From an uncultured Aquificales bacterium (GTDB lineage Bacteria; Thermosulfidibacterota; Thermosulfidibacteria; Thermosulfidibacterales; Thermosulfidibacteraceae), in NCBI GenBank assembly GCA_964453345.1, contig CAYVOC010000007.1, positions 1-37,515 on the forward strand: 37,515 nt of DNA, read 5' to 3'. The position numbers and the translations under genes are program-made. Shown here piece after piece: positions 29,822-37,515 of the stretch (position 1 is its first letter; each line of letters starts with the position of its first letter). The notes under the pieces are model-generated. The model was given only the letters and a program-made list of their open reading frames with translations. It was not told where the DNA came from and searched no databases.

Positions 29822-30959
29822 ACTGACCGAAGAGCAGAAGATGCTTAAGGACATGGTCAGAAGGTTTGCAGAAGAACAGGTGAAGCCCAGAGCCAAGGAG
29901 ATAGACGAAAAATGCGAAATCCCCAAGGAGATCATCCAGCAGCTCGCGGAACTCGGCCTTATGGGCATCCATGTTCCCGAGGAATACGGCGGCTCGGCCT
30001 TAGACTATGTGGCCTACGCCATGGTGGTTGAAGAACTCTCCAGGGCCTGCGCATCAACCGGTGTTCTTGTGTCCGCCCACACATCCCTTGTGGTGGACCC
30101 CATCCTCAAATACGGAACCGAGGAGCAGAAGAAGAAGTATCTTGTTCCCCTGGCAAAGGGCGAAAAGATCGGCGCCCACGCCATGACGGAACCCGGAGCC
30201 GGAACGGATGTCACCAGCATCTCCACCACCGCCAAAAGGGACGGCGACTACTACATCCTGAACGGAACCAAGCACTTCATCACCAACGCCAGAGAGGCCG
30301 ACATATTCCTGGTCTTCGCCATGACCGACAAGGAGAAGAAGCACAAGGGCATGAGCGCCTTCATAGTTGAGAAGGGCACCCCCGGTTTTGAGGTGACAAA
30401 GTATGAACACAAGCTCGGCATCAGGGGTTCCTCCACGGGAGAGCTTGTCTTTGAGGACTGCAGGATTCCCGCCGAAAACCTGCTTGGCGAGGAAGGACAG
30501 GGCTTCTACATCGCCATGTATTGCTACGATGGCGGCAGAATCGGTATTGCCGCCCAGGCTGTCGGAATCGCCCAGGCCGCCTTTGAGGAGGCCGTTGAGT
30601 TTGCCAAAACCAGGGTCCAGTTCGGCCAGCCCATAGTCAACTTCCAGGCCATACAGTTCAAACTGGCGGACATGGCCACCCTCATTGAGGCCGCAAGGTT
30701 GCTCTACCTCAAGGCGGCATGGCTCAAGGATCAGGGAATCCCCAGCTTCTACAAGGTGTCGGCCATGGCCAAGCTCTTTGCGTCCGATGTGGCCATGAGG
30801 GTGACAAGGGAAGCCATACAGGTCCACGGCGGATACGGCTACACCACCGACTACGATGTGGAGCGCCACTACAGGGACGCCAAGATAACCGAGATATACG
30901 AGGGAACCATAGAGGCCCAGAGGCTCACTATTGCAAGGGCCCTGTTGAAGGAAATGTAA
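29811..30959 (+). CDS. Short-chain acyl-CoA (butyryl-CoA-type) dehydrogenase
   Basis: Motifs AMTEPGAGTD, NGTKHFITN, KLGIRGSST, GGRIGIAAQAVG, QVHGGYGY and ITEIYEGT (catalytic Glu). Confidence 0.95.
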   Translation: MNFELTEEQKMLKDMVRRFAEEQVKPRAKEIDEKCEIPKEIIQQLAELGLMGIHVPEEYGGSALDYVAYAMVVEELSRACASTGVLVSAHTSLVVDPILKYGTEEQKKKYLVPLAKGEKIGAHAMTEPGAGTDVTSISTTAKRDGDYYILNGTKHFITNAREADIFLVFAMTDKEKKHKGMSAFIVEKGTPGFEVTKYEHKLGIRGSSTGELVFEDCRIPAENLLGEEGQGFYIAMYCYDGGRIGIAAQAVGIAQAAFEEAVEFAKTRVQFGQPIVNFQAIQFKLADMATLIEAARLLYLKAAWLKDQGIPSFYKVSAMAKLFASDVAMRVTREAIQVHGGYGYTTDYDVERHYRDAKITEIYEGTIEAQRLTIARALLKEM

Positions 30960-30967
30960 GGCTGTAG

Positions 30968-30997
30968 TTGACAAGCCGTGTAGGTTGCATGTATAAG
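30968..30997 (+). promoter_or_regulatory. Putative sigma70 promoter for etfB-etfA-oxidoreductase
   Basis: TTGACA (perfect -35)-N18-TATAAG in the 84-nt gap before etfB. Confidence 0.65.
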
Positions 30998-31008
30998 GAT
31001 ACGCAAAC

Positions 31009-31026
31009 TGAATGAATACTCACTCA
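31009..31026. promoter_or_regulatory. Palindromic operator resembling the Bacillus FadR (YsiA) box
   Basis: TGAATGAATACTCACTCA differs by one mismatch from the consensus TGAATGA-N-TA-N-TCATTCA. It lies between the promoter and the SD. Confidence 0.75.
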
Positions 31027-31043
31027 CTTTGGGAGGTGAAGCG

Positions 31044-31838
31044 ATGAAGGCGGTCTGTTTTGTAAAGAGCGTTCCAGACACCGAAACCCGCGTGAAGCTT
31101 GCGGGCGACAGGCTGGACAAGAGTGAAATCAAGTATATCCTCAACCCCTACGATGAGTTTGCGGTTGAGGAGGCCGTGCGCAAGAAAGAGGCCGGCCTCG
31201 TTGAGGAGATCCTGGTGATAAGCATGGGACCCGCAAGGGCCCAGGAGGCCATAAGATCCGCCCTTGCCATGGGCGCTGACAGGGGCGCCCACATCGAGGA
31301 CGACGCTCTGGATGGCTCCGACGCCTACGCCACCGCAAGGGTGCTGGTTGAGGCCCTTAAGAAGGAGGGAGGCCTTGACAACTACCCGCTGCTTCTCTTC
31401 GGACAGAGGGCCATAGACGGAGATACCTGGAGCGTTCCCAGCATGGTGGCCGAGATGCTCGGAATACCCGCAGTGGTGGGAATTGTGAAGCTCGATATCG
31501 ATGGTAACAAGGCGGTGGCCGTCAGGATGGTTGAAGGTGGTGAGGAGGTCTTTGAGGTTGAGCTTCCCGCCGTCTTTGCCGGAAGGAAGGGCCTCAACGA
31601 ACCAAGATACCCCTCCCTTCCCAACATCATGAAGGCCAAAAGAAAGCCCATAAACAAATACAGCCTTGCGGATCTCGGGATAGATCCCGGAACCGTTGGC
31701 AAGGCCGGTTCCTTCACAGAGGTTCTCAAGTATGAGCTGCCTCCTGCAAGGCAGGCGGGAAGAAAGGTCGAGGGTGAGCCCGAAGAGGTGGTGGAGGAGC
31801 TCATCAAGTTCCTCAAAGAAGAAGTCCAGATACTGTAG
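31044..31838 (+). CDS. etfB: Electron transfer flavoprotein beta subunit
   Basis: Motifs [32 protein letters not shown] and [11 protein letters not shown] 31044 follows GGGAGGTG. Confidence 0.95.
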   Translation: MKAVCFVKSVPDTETRVKLAGDRLDKSEIKYILNPYDEFAVEEAVRKKEAGLVEEILVISMGPARAQEAIRSALAMGADRGAHIEDDALDGSDAYATARVLVEALKKEGGLDNYPLLLFGQRAIDGDTWSVPSMVAEMLGIPAVVGIVKLDIDGNKAVAVRMVEGGEEVFEVELPAVFAGRKGLNEPRYPSLPNIMKAKRKPINKYSLADLGIDPGTVGKAGSFTEVLKYELPPARQAGRKVEGEPEEVVEELIKFLKEEVQIL

Positions 31839-31849
31839 GAGGTGGAGCC

Positions 31850-32833
31850 ATGGTATTCGTTATAGCCGAACAGAGGGATGGAGAGCTGAGAAAGCCTGCT
31901 AAGGAAGCCTTGAGCGCCGGAAGGAAGATGGCCGATGAGCTCGGCTGCTCCCTTGAGGCCATTATTCTCGGCGAGAACATTGGCGGACTTGCCGATGAGA
32001 TAGCTTCTTACGGCGCCGACAAGGTCTATGTGGTGGATAATCCCTTCCTCAAATACTACCACCCCATGGCCTACGCCAGGGTGATCGGTGATCTCATCAA
32101 AGAGAAGCAGCCCAAGGTTGTGCTCATGGGCGGAACCGCCACCGGAAGGGATCTGCTTCCCAGGGTGGCTGCAAGGGTCGGTGCAGGTATCGCCGCCGAC
32201 TGCACGGGCTACAGGGTTGAGGGAGACAACATTGTCGCCATAAGGCCCGCCATATCCGGAAAGGTGATCGTGGAGATAGGCTTCAAGTCTCCCATAAAGA
32301 TGCTTTCCTTGAGGCCCAACGCCTTTGGCATCGCCGAACCCGACACCGGCAAAAAGGCAGAGGTTGAGAACATCTCCTTTGAACCCACCGACGCCGAAAA
32401 GAAGATGGTGATGAAGGAGTTCAACATCAAGTCCACGGGCAGACCCGAGCTGACCGAGGCCGAAATCATCGTCTCCGGCGGCCGCGGCATGAAGGGACCT
32501 GAGAACTTCAAGATGCTTGAGGAACTCGCCGATCTTCTGGGAGCTGCAGTTGGTGCATCCCGTGCCGCCGTTGATGCCGGCTGGCGTCCCCAGTCCGATC
32601 AGGTTGGACAGACCGGAAAGACCGTCTCACCCAAGCTCTACATCGCCGTTGGAATCTCCGGCGCCATCCAGCACCTCGCCGGTATGTCCTCCTCCAAATA
32701 CATCGTGGCCATCAACAAGGACCCCGATGCACCCATCTTCAACGTGGCCGACTTTGGCATTGTAGGTGATCTCTTCAAGGTTGTTCCCGTGCTCATTGAG
32801 AAGATCAAGCAGATAAAGTCCCAGGAAAGCTAA
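31850..32833 (+). CDS. etfA: Electron transfer flavoprotein alpha subunit
   Basis: Motifs [37 protein letters not shown] and [10 protein letters not shown]. Confidence 0.96.
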   Translation: MVFVIAEQRDGELRKPAKEALSAGRKMADELGCSLEAIILGENIGGLADEIASYGADKVYVVDNPFLKYYHPMAYARVIGDLIKEKQPKVVLMGGTATGRDLLPRVAARVGAGIAADCTGYRVEGDNIVAIRPAISGKVIVEIGFKSPIKMLSLRPNAFGIAEPDTGKKAEVENISFEPTDAEKKMVMKEFNIKSTGRPELTEAEIIVSGGRGMKGPENFKMLEELADLLGAAVGASRAAVDAGWRPQSDQVGQTGKTVSPKLYIAVGISGAIQHLAGMSSSKYIVAINKDPDAPIFNVADFGIVGDLFKVVPVLIEKIKQIKSQES

Positions 32834-32845
32834 CGGGGGGACAGG

Positions 32846-34846
32846 ATGATAAACGCCCAGGAGCTTACAAGGCACGTTTACTGGAATGTGCCAACCCTCT
32901 TTAAGGTGTTGCTTTATATAGGCGGCCTCGGGTCCATAGCCCTGGCCGCCTGGGCCATATACAAGAGGTCCGAGCTGTGGAAGAGGGGTAAGGAAGAGGA
33001 CCGCACCGATGATTTGAAGGAAAGACTCCTTTTTGCCGCAAGAAGCGTATTCTTGCACACCCGCATCCTGAGGGAGAAGTATCCCGGAAGAATGCATTTC
33101 CTGATCTTCTGGGGCTTTCTGATTCTCCTCATAGGCACGGCGGTTGTGGCCATTGAAGCGGATGTTCCCTTCGTCCACTTCTACTACGGCGCCTTCTATC
33201 TGCTCTTTTCTCTTTTGCTGGACGTAGCGGGCATCGCCCTCATCGTTGGGCTTTGCATGGCCATCTACAGAAGGAAGGTGGACAAACCTGAAAGGCTGCA
33301 GCCCGAAAAGCCCGAGGACAACCTCGTTCTCTATCTGCTTCTTGCCGTGGCCATCACTGGTTTTCTCACCGAGGCATCCCGTATAGCCGCCCAGGGGTTC
33401 CCCGGCTTTGAGGTTTACTCCATCGCCGGCTACATCCTGGCCTTTCCCATCAAGCTCATAGGGCTCGGAGGCAGAGGCGCCCACAGGTTCTTCTGGTTCA
33501 TCCACATGCTCCTCTCCTTCGGCTTTATAGCCTACATCGGCTACTCCAAGCTGATGCACATTGTGCTCATGCCCGCCAACATAGTCTTCAGGGACAGAAG
33601 GCCCTACGGCGTGGTGGACCGCATCCCTAACATGGAGGAGGCCGAAAGCTTCGGACTCACCAAGGTGGAGGAGTTCACCTGGAAGCAGCTGATGGACCTC
33701 GACGCCTGTGTCAGGTGCGGAAGGTGTCAGGATGTTTGCCCCGCTTACAACACCGAAAAGCCCCTCTCTCCCAAGAACCTCATACAGGACCTGAAAGAAC
33801 ACATGGAGGAGCGCTTCCTTCAGGGCAAGGATCCTGAGGAGTGCACCCCCTACCAGAAGATCTCCTCCGACGTTATATGGTCATGCACCACCTGCGCCGC
33901 CTGTATGGAGGCGTGTCCCGCCCACATAGAGCACATAGACAAGATCGTGGAGATGCGCCGCTACCTCACCCTCATGGAGGGCAACATACCTGAGGAGATG
34001 GCCCTTGCCTTCAGGAACATGGAGAACAACTTCAACCCCTGGGGCGTGGGCTTTGCAGCAAGGGCCGACTGGGCTGAGGGGCTGGACATACCCACCCTTT
34101 CTGAAAAGGGTGAAGCCGAGTATCTGCTGTGGGTCGGCTGTGCCGGGGCCTATGACGACAGGTATAAGAAGGTGATGGTGGCCCTGGTGAACATCCTGAA
34201 GGCGGCCGGTGTTGACTTCGCCATACTGGGAACTGAAGAGAAGTGCTGCGGTGATTCGGCAAGAAGACTCGGAAACGAGTATCTCTTTGAGATTCTGGCC
34301 ATGGAGAACGCCGAGCTTCTCAAGTCCTATAACGTAAAGAAGGTGATCACTGCCTGTCCCCACGGCTATCATGTGCTGAAGAACGAGTATCCCCAGTATG
34401 GCTGGGAAGGAGAGGTCTGGCACCACACCGAGTTCATCCTGAGGTTGATAAACGAGGGCAGGCTAAAGATAAAGAAGGGTATCTCCCTCACCACCGTCTA
34501 TCACGACAGCTGCTATCTCGGAAGGCACAACAACATATACGAGGAGCCGAGAAAGGTGCTGGGCAACATAGTGGCCGCCGAAAGGCTCAAAGAGATGCCC
34601 AGAAACAGGGAGACCTCCTTCTGCTGCGGTGCAGGCGGTGGCCGCATGTGGCTTGAGGAGACCATCGGCAAGCGCATAAACGTCGAAAGGGCTGAAGAGG
34701 CCATCAACACAGGCGCAGAACTCATAGTGACCGCCTGTCCCTTCTGCCTCACCATGTTCGACGACGGCCTCAAGAACAAGGGCAAGGAAGAGGAAATACA
34801 GCTTAAAGACATAGCCGAAATCGTCTGGGAAGCCCTCCAGGAGTAA
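32846..34846 (+). CDS. Membrane FeS oxidoreductase, FadF/HdrDE-like (probable ETF:menaquinone oxidoreductase)
   Basis: N-terminal multi-TM domain with candidate heme b His ligands ([19 protein letters not shown]); two CxxCxxCxxxCP motifs ([24 protein letters not shown]); two CCG domains ([14 protein letters not shown]); follows etfBA. Confidence 0.88.
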   Translation: MINAQELTRHVYWNVPTLFKVLLYIGGLGSIALAAWAIYKRSELWKRGKEEDRTDDLKERLLFAARSVFLHTRILREKYPGRMHFLIFWGFLILLIGTAVVAIEADVPFVHFYYGAFYLLFSLLLDVAGIALIVGLCMAIYRRKVDKPERLQPEKPEDNLVLYLLLAVAITGFLTEASRIAAQGFPGFEVYSIAGYILAFPIKLIGLGGRGAHRFFWFIHMLLSFGFIAYIGYSKLMHIVLMPANIVFRDRRPYGVVDRIPNMEEAESFGLTKVEEFTWKQLMDLDACVRCGRCQDVCPAYNTEKPLSPKNLIQDLKEHMEERFLQGKDPEECTPYQKISSDVIWSCTTCAACMEACPAHIEHIDKIVEMRRYLTLMEGNIPEEMALAFRNMENNFNPWGVGFAARADWAEGLDIPTLSEKGEAEYLLWVGCAGAYDDRYKKVMVALVNILKAAGVDFAILGTEEKCCGDSARRLGNEYLFEILAMENAELLKSYNVKKVITACPHGYHVLKNEYPQYGWEGEVWHHTEFILRLINEGRLKIKKGISLTTVYHDSCYLGRHNNIYEEPRKVLGNIVAAERLKEMPRNRETSFCCGAGGGRMWLEETIGKRINVERAEEAINTGAELIVTACPFCLTMFDDGLKNKGKEEEIQLKDIAEIVWEALQE

Positions 34847-34853
34847 GCTATTC

Positions 34854-34899
34854 GGGGGAGAAGGCGGCCTGCCCCATGGCTGCCCCTCCCCCCTTGTTT
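34854..34899 (+). terminator. Putative intrinsic terminator
   Basis: GGGGGAG..GGCGGCC pairs with GGCTGCC..CTCCCCC, followed by TTGTTT; starts 7 nt after the stop codon. Confidence 0.65.
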
Positions 34900-34929
34900 A
34901 TCAGTTCTTCATAATGTAAAGTTGCCCCC

Positions 34930-36774
34930 ATGAATATTCCCGCAAACATAGTGGACGCAGAAGGGCTGTTGCGCTTCCTCGATCAATCGCCCCACATACT
35001 CTTTTTCATAACCGTGGACTTCTTCAAGCCGGCCGTATATGTGAACAAAGCCTGCGAAATCTTTAGCGGATACACAAAAAAGGAGCTTCTTAGGGATGTC
35101 ACCCCCTACGATCTCATTCATCCCTCCGAAAGGGATAGGGCAAAAAGAACCTTTTCCGACAGAGAACGCTTAAAAAGAGGCATTCCGGACTACACCTTCA
35201 AGGTCATAAGAAAGGATGGAAGCATCAGATGGGTCAAGTGCACCTTTGGAAAGATTCCCCTGACAAACGGCCGGAATGGGCTTGCCGCAATAGGGATACC
35301 CGCAGATGAGGATGTGAAGGCAAGGGAGTTTTTAAAGTCGGTGGTGGATCTTATGGACGAGGGCGTCGCCATAATGGACAGGAACTTGAGGGTGCTCCTC
35401 TTCAACGAGGCTATAAAGAGGCTTGCAGCGCCCGGCAAGGATCCAGAGGAGATCCTGGGCAACTTTTGCTACAAAATCGTTTACAACAGGGATACGCCCT
35501 GCGAGGACTGCGCCGTTGTAAAGGCCCTAAAGACGTCCTCCATGGCCAAAAAAAACCTTCACCTTAAGACCAGAAGGGGAGAGAGGTGGTTTGAGATCAA
35601 GGCCAAGCCCATATTCGACGACACGAACTATCCCTTCGCCGCAGTCGAATACATCAGGGAGATAACCGATCAGAAGCTCAGGGAAAGGGAGCTTGTGAGG
35701 GAGGAGAGGATCAGAACCCTTGAGCAGATAGCCGGCGGCATAGCCCACGACTTCAACAACATCCTTGCGGTCATAATGGCGTCGGCAAGCACCCTCAAGC
35801 TTCAGATGCCTGAGGGATCACCCCTTAAACAGCAGGTTGAAGCAATAGAAAGGGCGTGTCTTAAGGCGAAGGACATAATACACCAGTTCTTGAGCTTCAC
35901 GGATGAGGGCACCGGCACACCCCGGAGGATAGATCCGGCTCCCCTGGTTGAGGAGCTTGTAAAGATAATTTCCAAGGGACTCTCCTTCCCCATAGAGTTT
36001 GAAGCGGAGGAAAACCTGTGGAATATCGAGATTGATCCCGCCCAGCTGAACAGGGTCCTTCAGAACATCATCTTGAACGCAATCGATGCGGTAAGGGAAA
36101 AGGGAGAGGGTAAGGTGAAGGTGAAACTGTCAAACCACTACGGTCCCCTCCCCCACGGAGACAGCCCTCAAAGGTGGGTGAAGATAGAGGTTTCCGACAC
36201 GGGCATCGGCATGGATCCCGCCATTGTAAGCCACATATTCGAACCCTTCTTCACCACAAAACCAGAGGGCAACGGGATGGGGCTGGCTGTGGCATACTCG
36301 ATGGTGAAAAGGTGCGGAGGGCACATAGACGTAAAGAGCCGACCCGGCGAGGGAAGCACCTTCACCGTGTATATACCGGCGGCATCCGGTCCTGCAAAAA
36401 GGGGTGAAAAAAGAACCGTCCTTGTGCTTGAGGATCAACAGGCGCTCAGGGAGGTGGTAAGAATATACCTTGAGGGCAAGGGATTCTACGTGCTCGAGGC
36501 GGAAACCGGAGAACAGGCGGTAAAGATGGCGGATAAAGAAAAGGTAGACGCCTTCATACTCGATCTAAACATAGAGAAGGGATTGGGCGCCTTCGAGATA
36601 GCAGAGCAGCTTAAAAGGCTGAATCCGGATGCCACATACATTCTCACCACAGGATACCTGACCGAAAGCGCAAGGAAGATGGCCGAGGATCTGGGCTTCA
36701 GTAGAATACTTCAAAAGCCCTACAAACTCTCGGAACTGGTGGAGATACTGGAGGGAGGGGATGAACAAAAATAG
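34930..36774 (+). CDS. Cytoplasmic PAS-PAS hybrid sensor histidine kinase/response regulator
   Basis: Two PAS domains; H-box GIAHDFNN; N-box NIILNAIDA; DTGIG, FEPFFTTK, GMGL; C-terminal receiver (LEDQ, ILD, QKP); no TM segment. Confidence 0.93.
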   Translation: MNIPANIVDAEGLLRFLDQSPHILFFITVDFFKPAVYVNKACEIFSGYTKKELLRDVTPYDLIHPSERDRAKRTFSDRERLKRGIPDYTFKVIRKDGSIRWVKCTFGKIPLTNGRNGLAAIGIPADEDVKAREFLKSVVDLMDEGVAIMDRNLRVLLFNEAIKRLAAPGKDPEEILGNFCYKIVYNRDTPCEDCAVVKALKTSSMAKKNLHLKTRRGERWFEIKAKPIFDDTNYPFAAVEYIREITDQKLRERELVREERIRTLEQIAGGIAHDFNNILAVIMASASTLKLQMPEGSPLKQQVEAIERACLKAKDIIHQFLSFTDEGTGTPRRIDPAPLVEELVKIISKGLSFPIEFEAEENLWNIEIDPAQLNRVLQNIILNAIDAVREKGEGKVKVKLSNHYGPLPHGDSPQRWVKIEVSDTGIGMDPAIVSHIFEPFFTTKPEGNGMGLAVAYSMVKRCGGHIDVKSRPGEGSTFTVYIPAASGPAKRGEKRTVLVLEDQQALREVVRIYLEGKGFYVLEAETGEQAVKMADKEKVDAFILDLNIEKGLGAFEIAEQLKRLNPDATYILTTGYLTESARKMAEDLGFSRILQKPYKLSELVEILEGGDEQK

Positions 36775-37515
36775 GATCTTCGTCCATCTGCCCTTCAGCA
36801 AGCTGGACAGATACATGCCGGATCTGGAAAGGGTTAAGATCCAGCCTGAGGTATATTTCTCCGGAAACGATCTGGATAACCTGGATGAAGAAAAGCTTGA
36901 TAGGCTTGCAGGATATTTGAAAAAAGAGAACCTTTCCTGCACAATCCACGCTCCCTTCTACGATCTTGCCATAGGATCACCCGATGCCCTCATAAGGGAT
37001 GCTGTTGAGAGGCGATACAGAAGCCTGATTCCCGTTATAGAGAAGCTCAGGCCCCTTTGCATGGTGATACACACCGGATACGACAGATGGAGATACGGCA
37101 GCCAGAGGGATCTCTGGCTATCAAACGCAACCAATTTTCTCATCAAACTGAGGGAGATGTTCCCCGAGGACACGAAAATAGCCGTTGAAAACGTCTTTGA
37201 TGAGGGCCCCGATGTATTGTATGAAATCATGAATCGCCTTGGACCTGTGCGCAACCTCGGGATATGCCTCGATATAGGGCACTTTAATCTTTTCTCAAAG
37301 GCTCCCCTGGACGAGTGGCTGGAGAGGCTTGGGGACAGGATCATGGAGCTACACATACACGACAACGATGGCCGTGAGGACAGGCACTGGAAGCCGGGCA
37401 AGGGCCATGCACCTGTCTTCAAACTGATAAGATGGGCGAAGACAAAGGATATCCTAATGACCATCGAAGTCCACGAACCAAAAGACGCCCTCGAAACCCA
37501 CAGAATGCTATTGGA
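36761..37515 (+). CDS. Xylose isomerase-like TIM barrel / AP endonuclease family 2 protein (partial, runs off the window)
   Basis: Not in the ORF track; read by hand from ATG 36761 (MNKNRIFVHLPF...). Metal-ligand motifs TIHAPFYDL, VIHTG, AVENV, CLDIGH, LHIHDN, EDRH and TIEVH; open to the window end. Confidence 0.88.
   Translation, partial: MNKNRIFVHLPFSKLDRYMPDLERVKIQPEVYFSGNDLDNLDEEKLDRLAGYLKKENLSCTIHAPFYDLAIGSPDALIRDAVERRYRSLIPVIEKLRPLCMVIHTGYDRWRYGSQRDLWLSNATNFLIKLREMFPEDTKIAVENVFDEGPDVLYEIMNRLGPVRNLGICLDIGHFNLFSKAPLDEWLERLGDRIMELHIHDNDGREDRHWKPGKGHAPVFKLIRWAKTKDILMTIEVHEPKDALETHRMLL

Noticed and set aside
27543..30974. Long minus-strand ORFs (385, 413 and 306 aa), and also 32627-33802
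   Set aside because: Antisense to highly conserved enzymes; expected from codon bias, with no domain signatures.
32846..34846. Selenocysteine recoding in the CCG oxidoreductase
   Set aside because: The frame is uninterrupted, with Cys at all motif positions and no in-frame TGA.
1..37515. CRISPR array, IS/transposase, prophage, defence system, tRNA/rRNA
   Set aside because: Almost all sequence is assigned to recognisable genes, intergenic gaps are about 120 nt or less, and no repeat-spacer pattern was seen.

Overview
This is a gene-dense bacterial chromosomal window. The Lys/Glu-rich proteins and frequent AGG/ATA codons suggest a thermophile, but I cannot assign a taxon. It has four blocks. 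(1) On the minus strand (1-9011) is an overlap-coupled run of Hsp20, lon, smpB, a hydantoinase/oxoprolinase A+B pair, an M48 peptidase lipoprotein and a FetB/YbbM-like permease, followed by a partial secreted protein. (2) On the plus strand (9132-26347) is a flagellar cluster headed by a sigma54 promoter: flgD, a long flgE, an HDOD protein, motAB with Na+-type signatures, fliL, fliN, fliOPQR, flhBAFG, a small FlgV-like membrane gene, fliA, cheB, fliM and fliY. (3) At 26431-34846 is an acyl-CoA beta-oxidation/electron-transfer cluster: XRE-cupin regulator, thiolase, hbd, a degenerate crotonase, acyl-CoA dehydrogenase, etfBA and a membrane heme b/FeS CCG oxidoreductase. A Bacillus FadR-type palindrome lies before etfB. 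(4) The window ends with a PAS hybrid kinase and a partial TIM-barrel metalloenzyme. I saw no mobile element, CRISPR array, tRNA or rRNA, and no wholly new system can be demonstrated from sequence alone. The best leads are the FlgV-like gene, the degenerate crotonase with an internal hairpin, the FadR-like operator, the candidate damage-control operon, the NPVE variant of FlhB and the enlarged Cys-containing FlgE.
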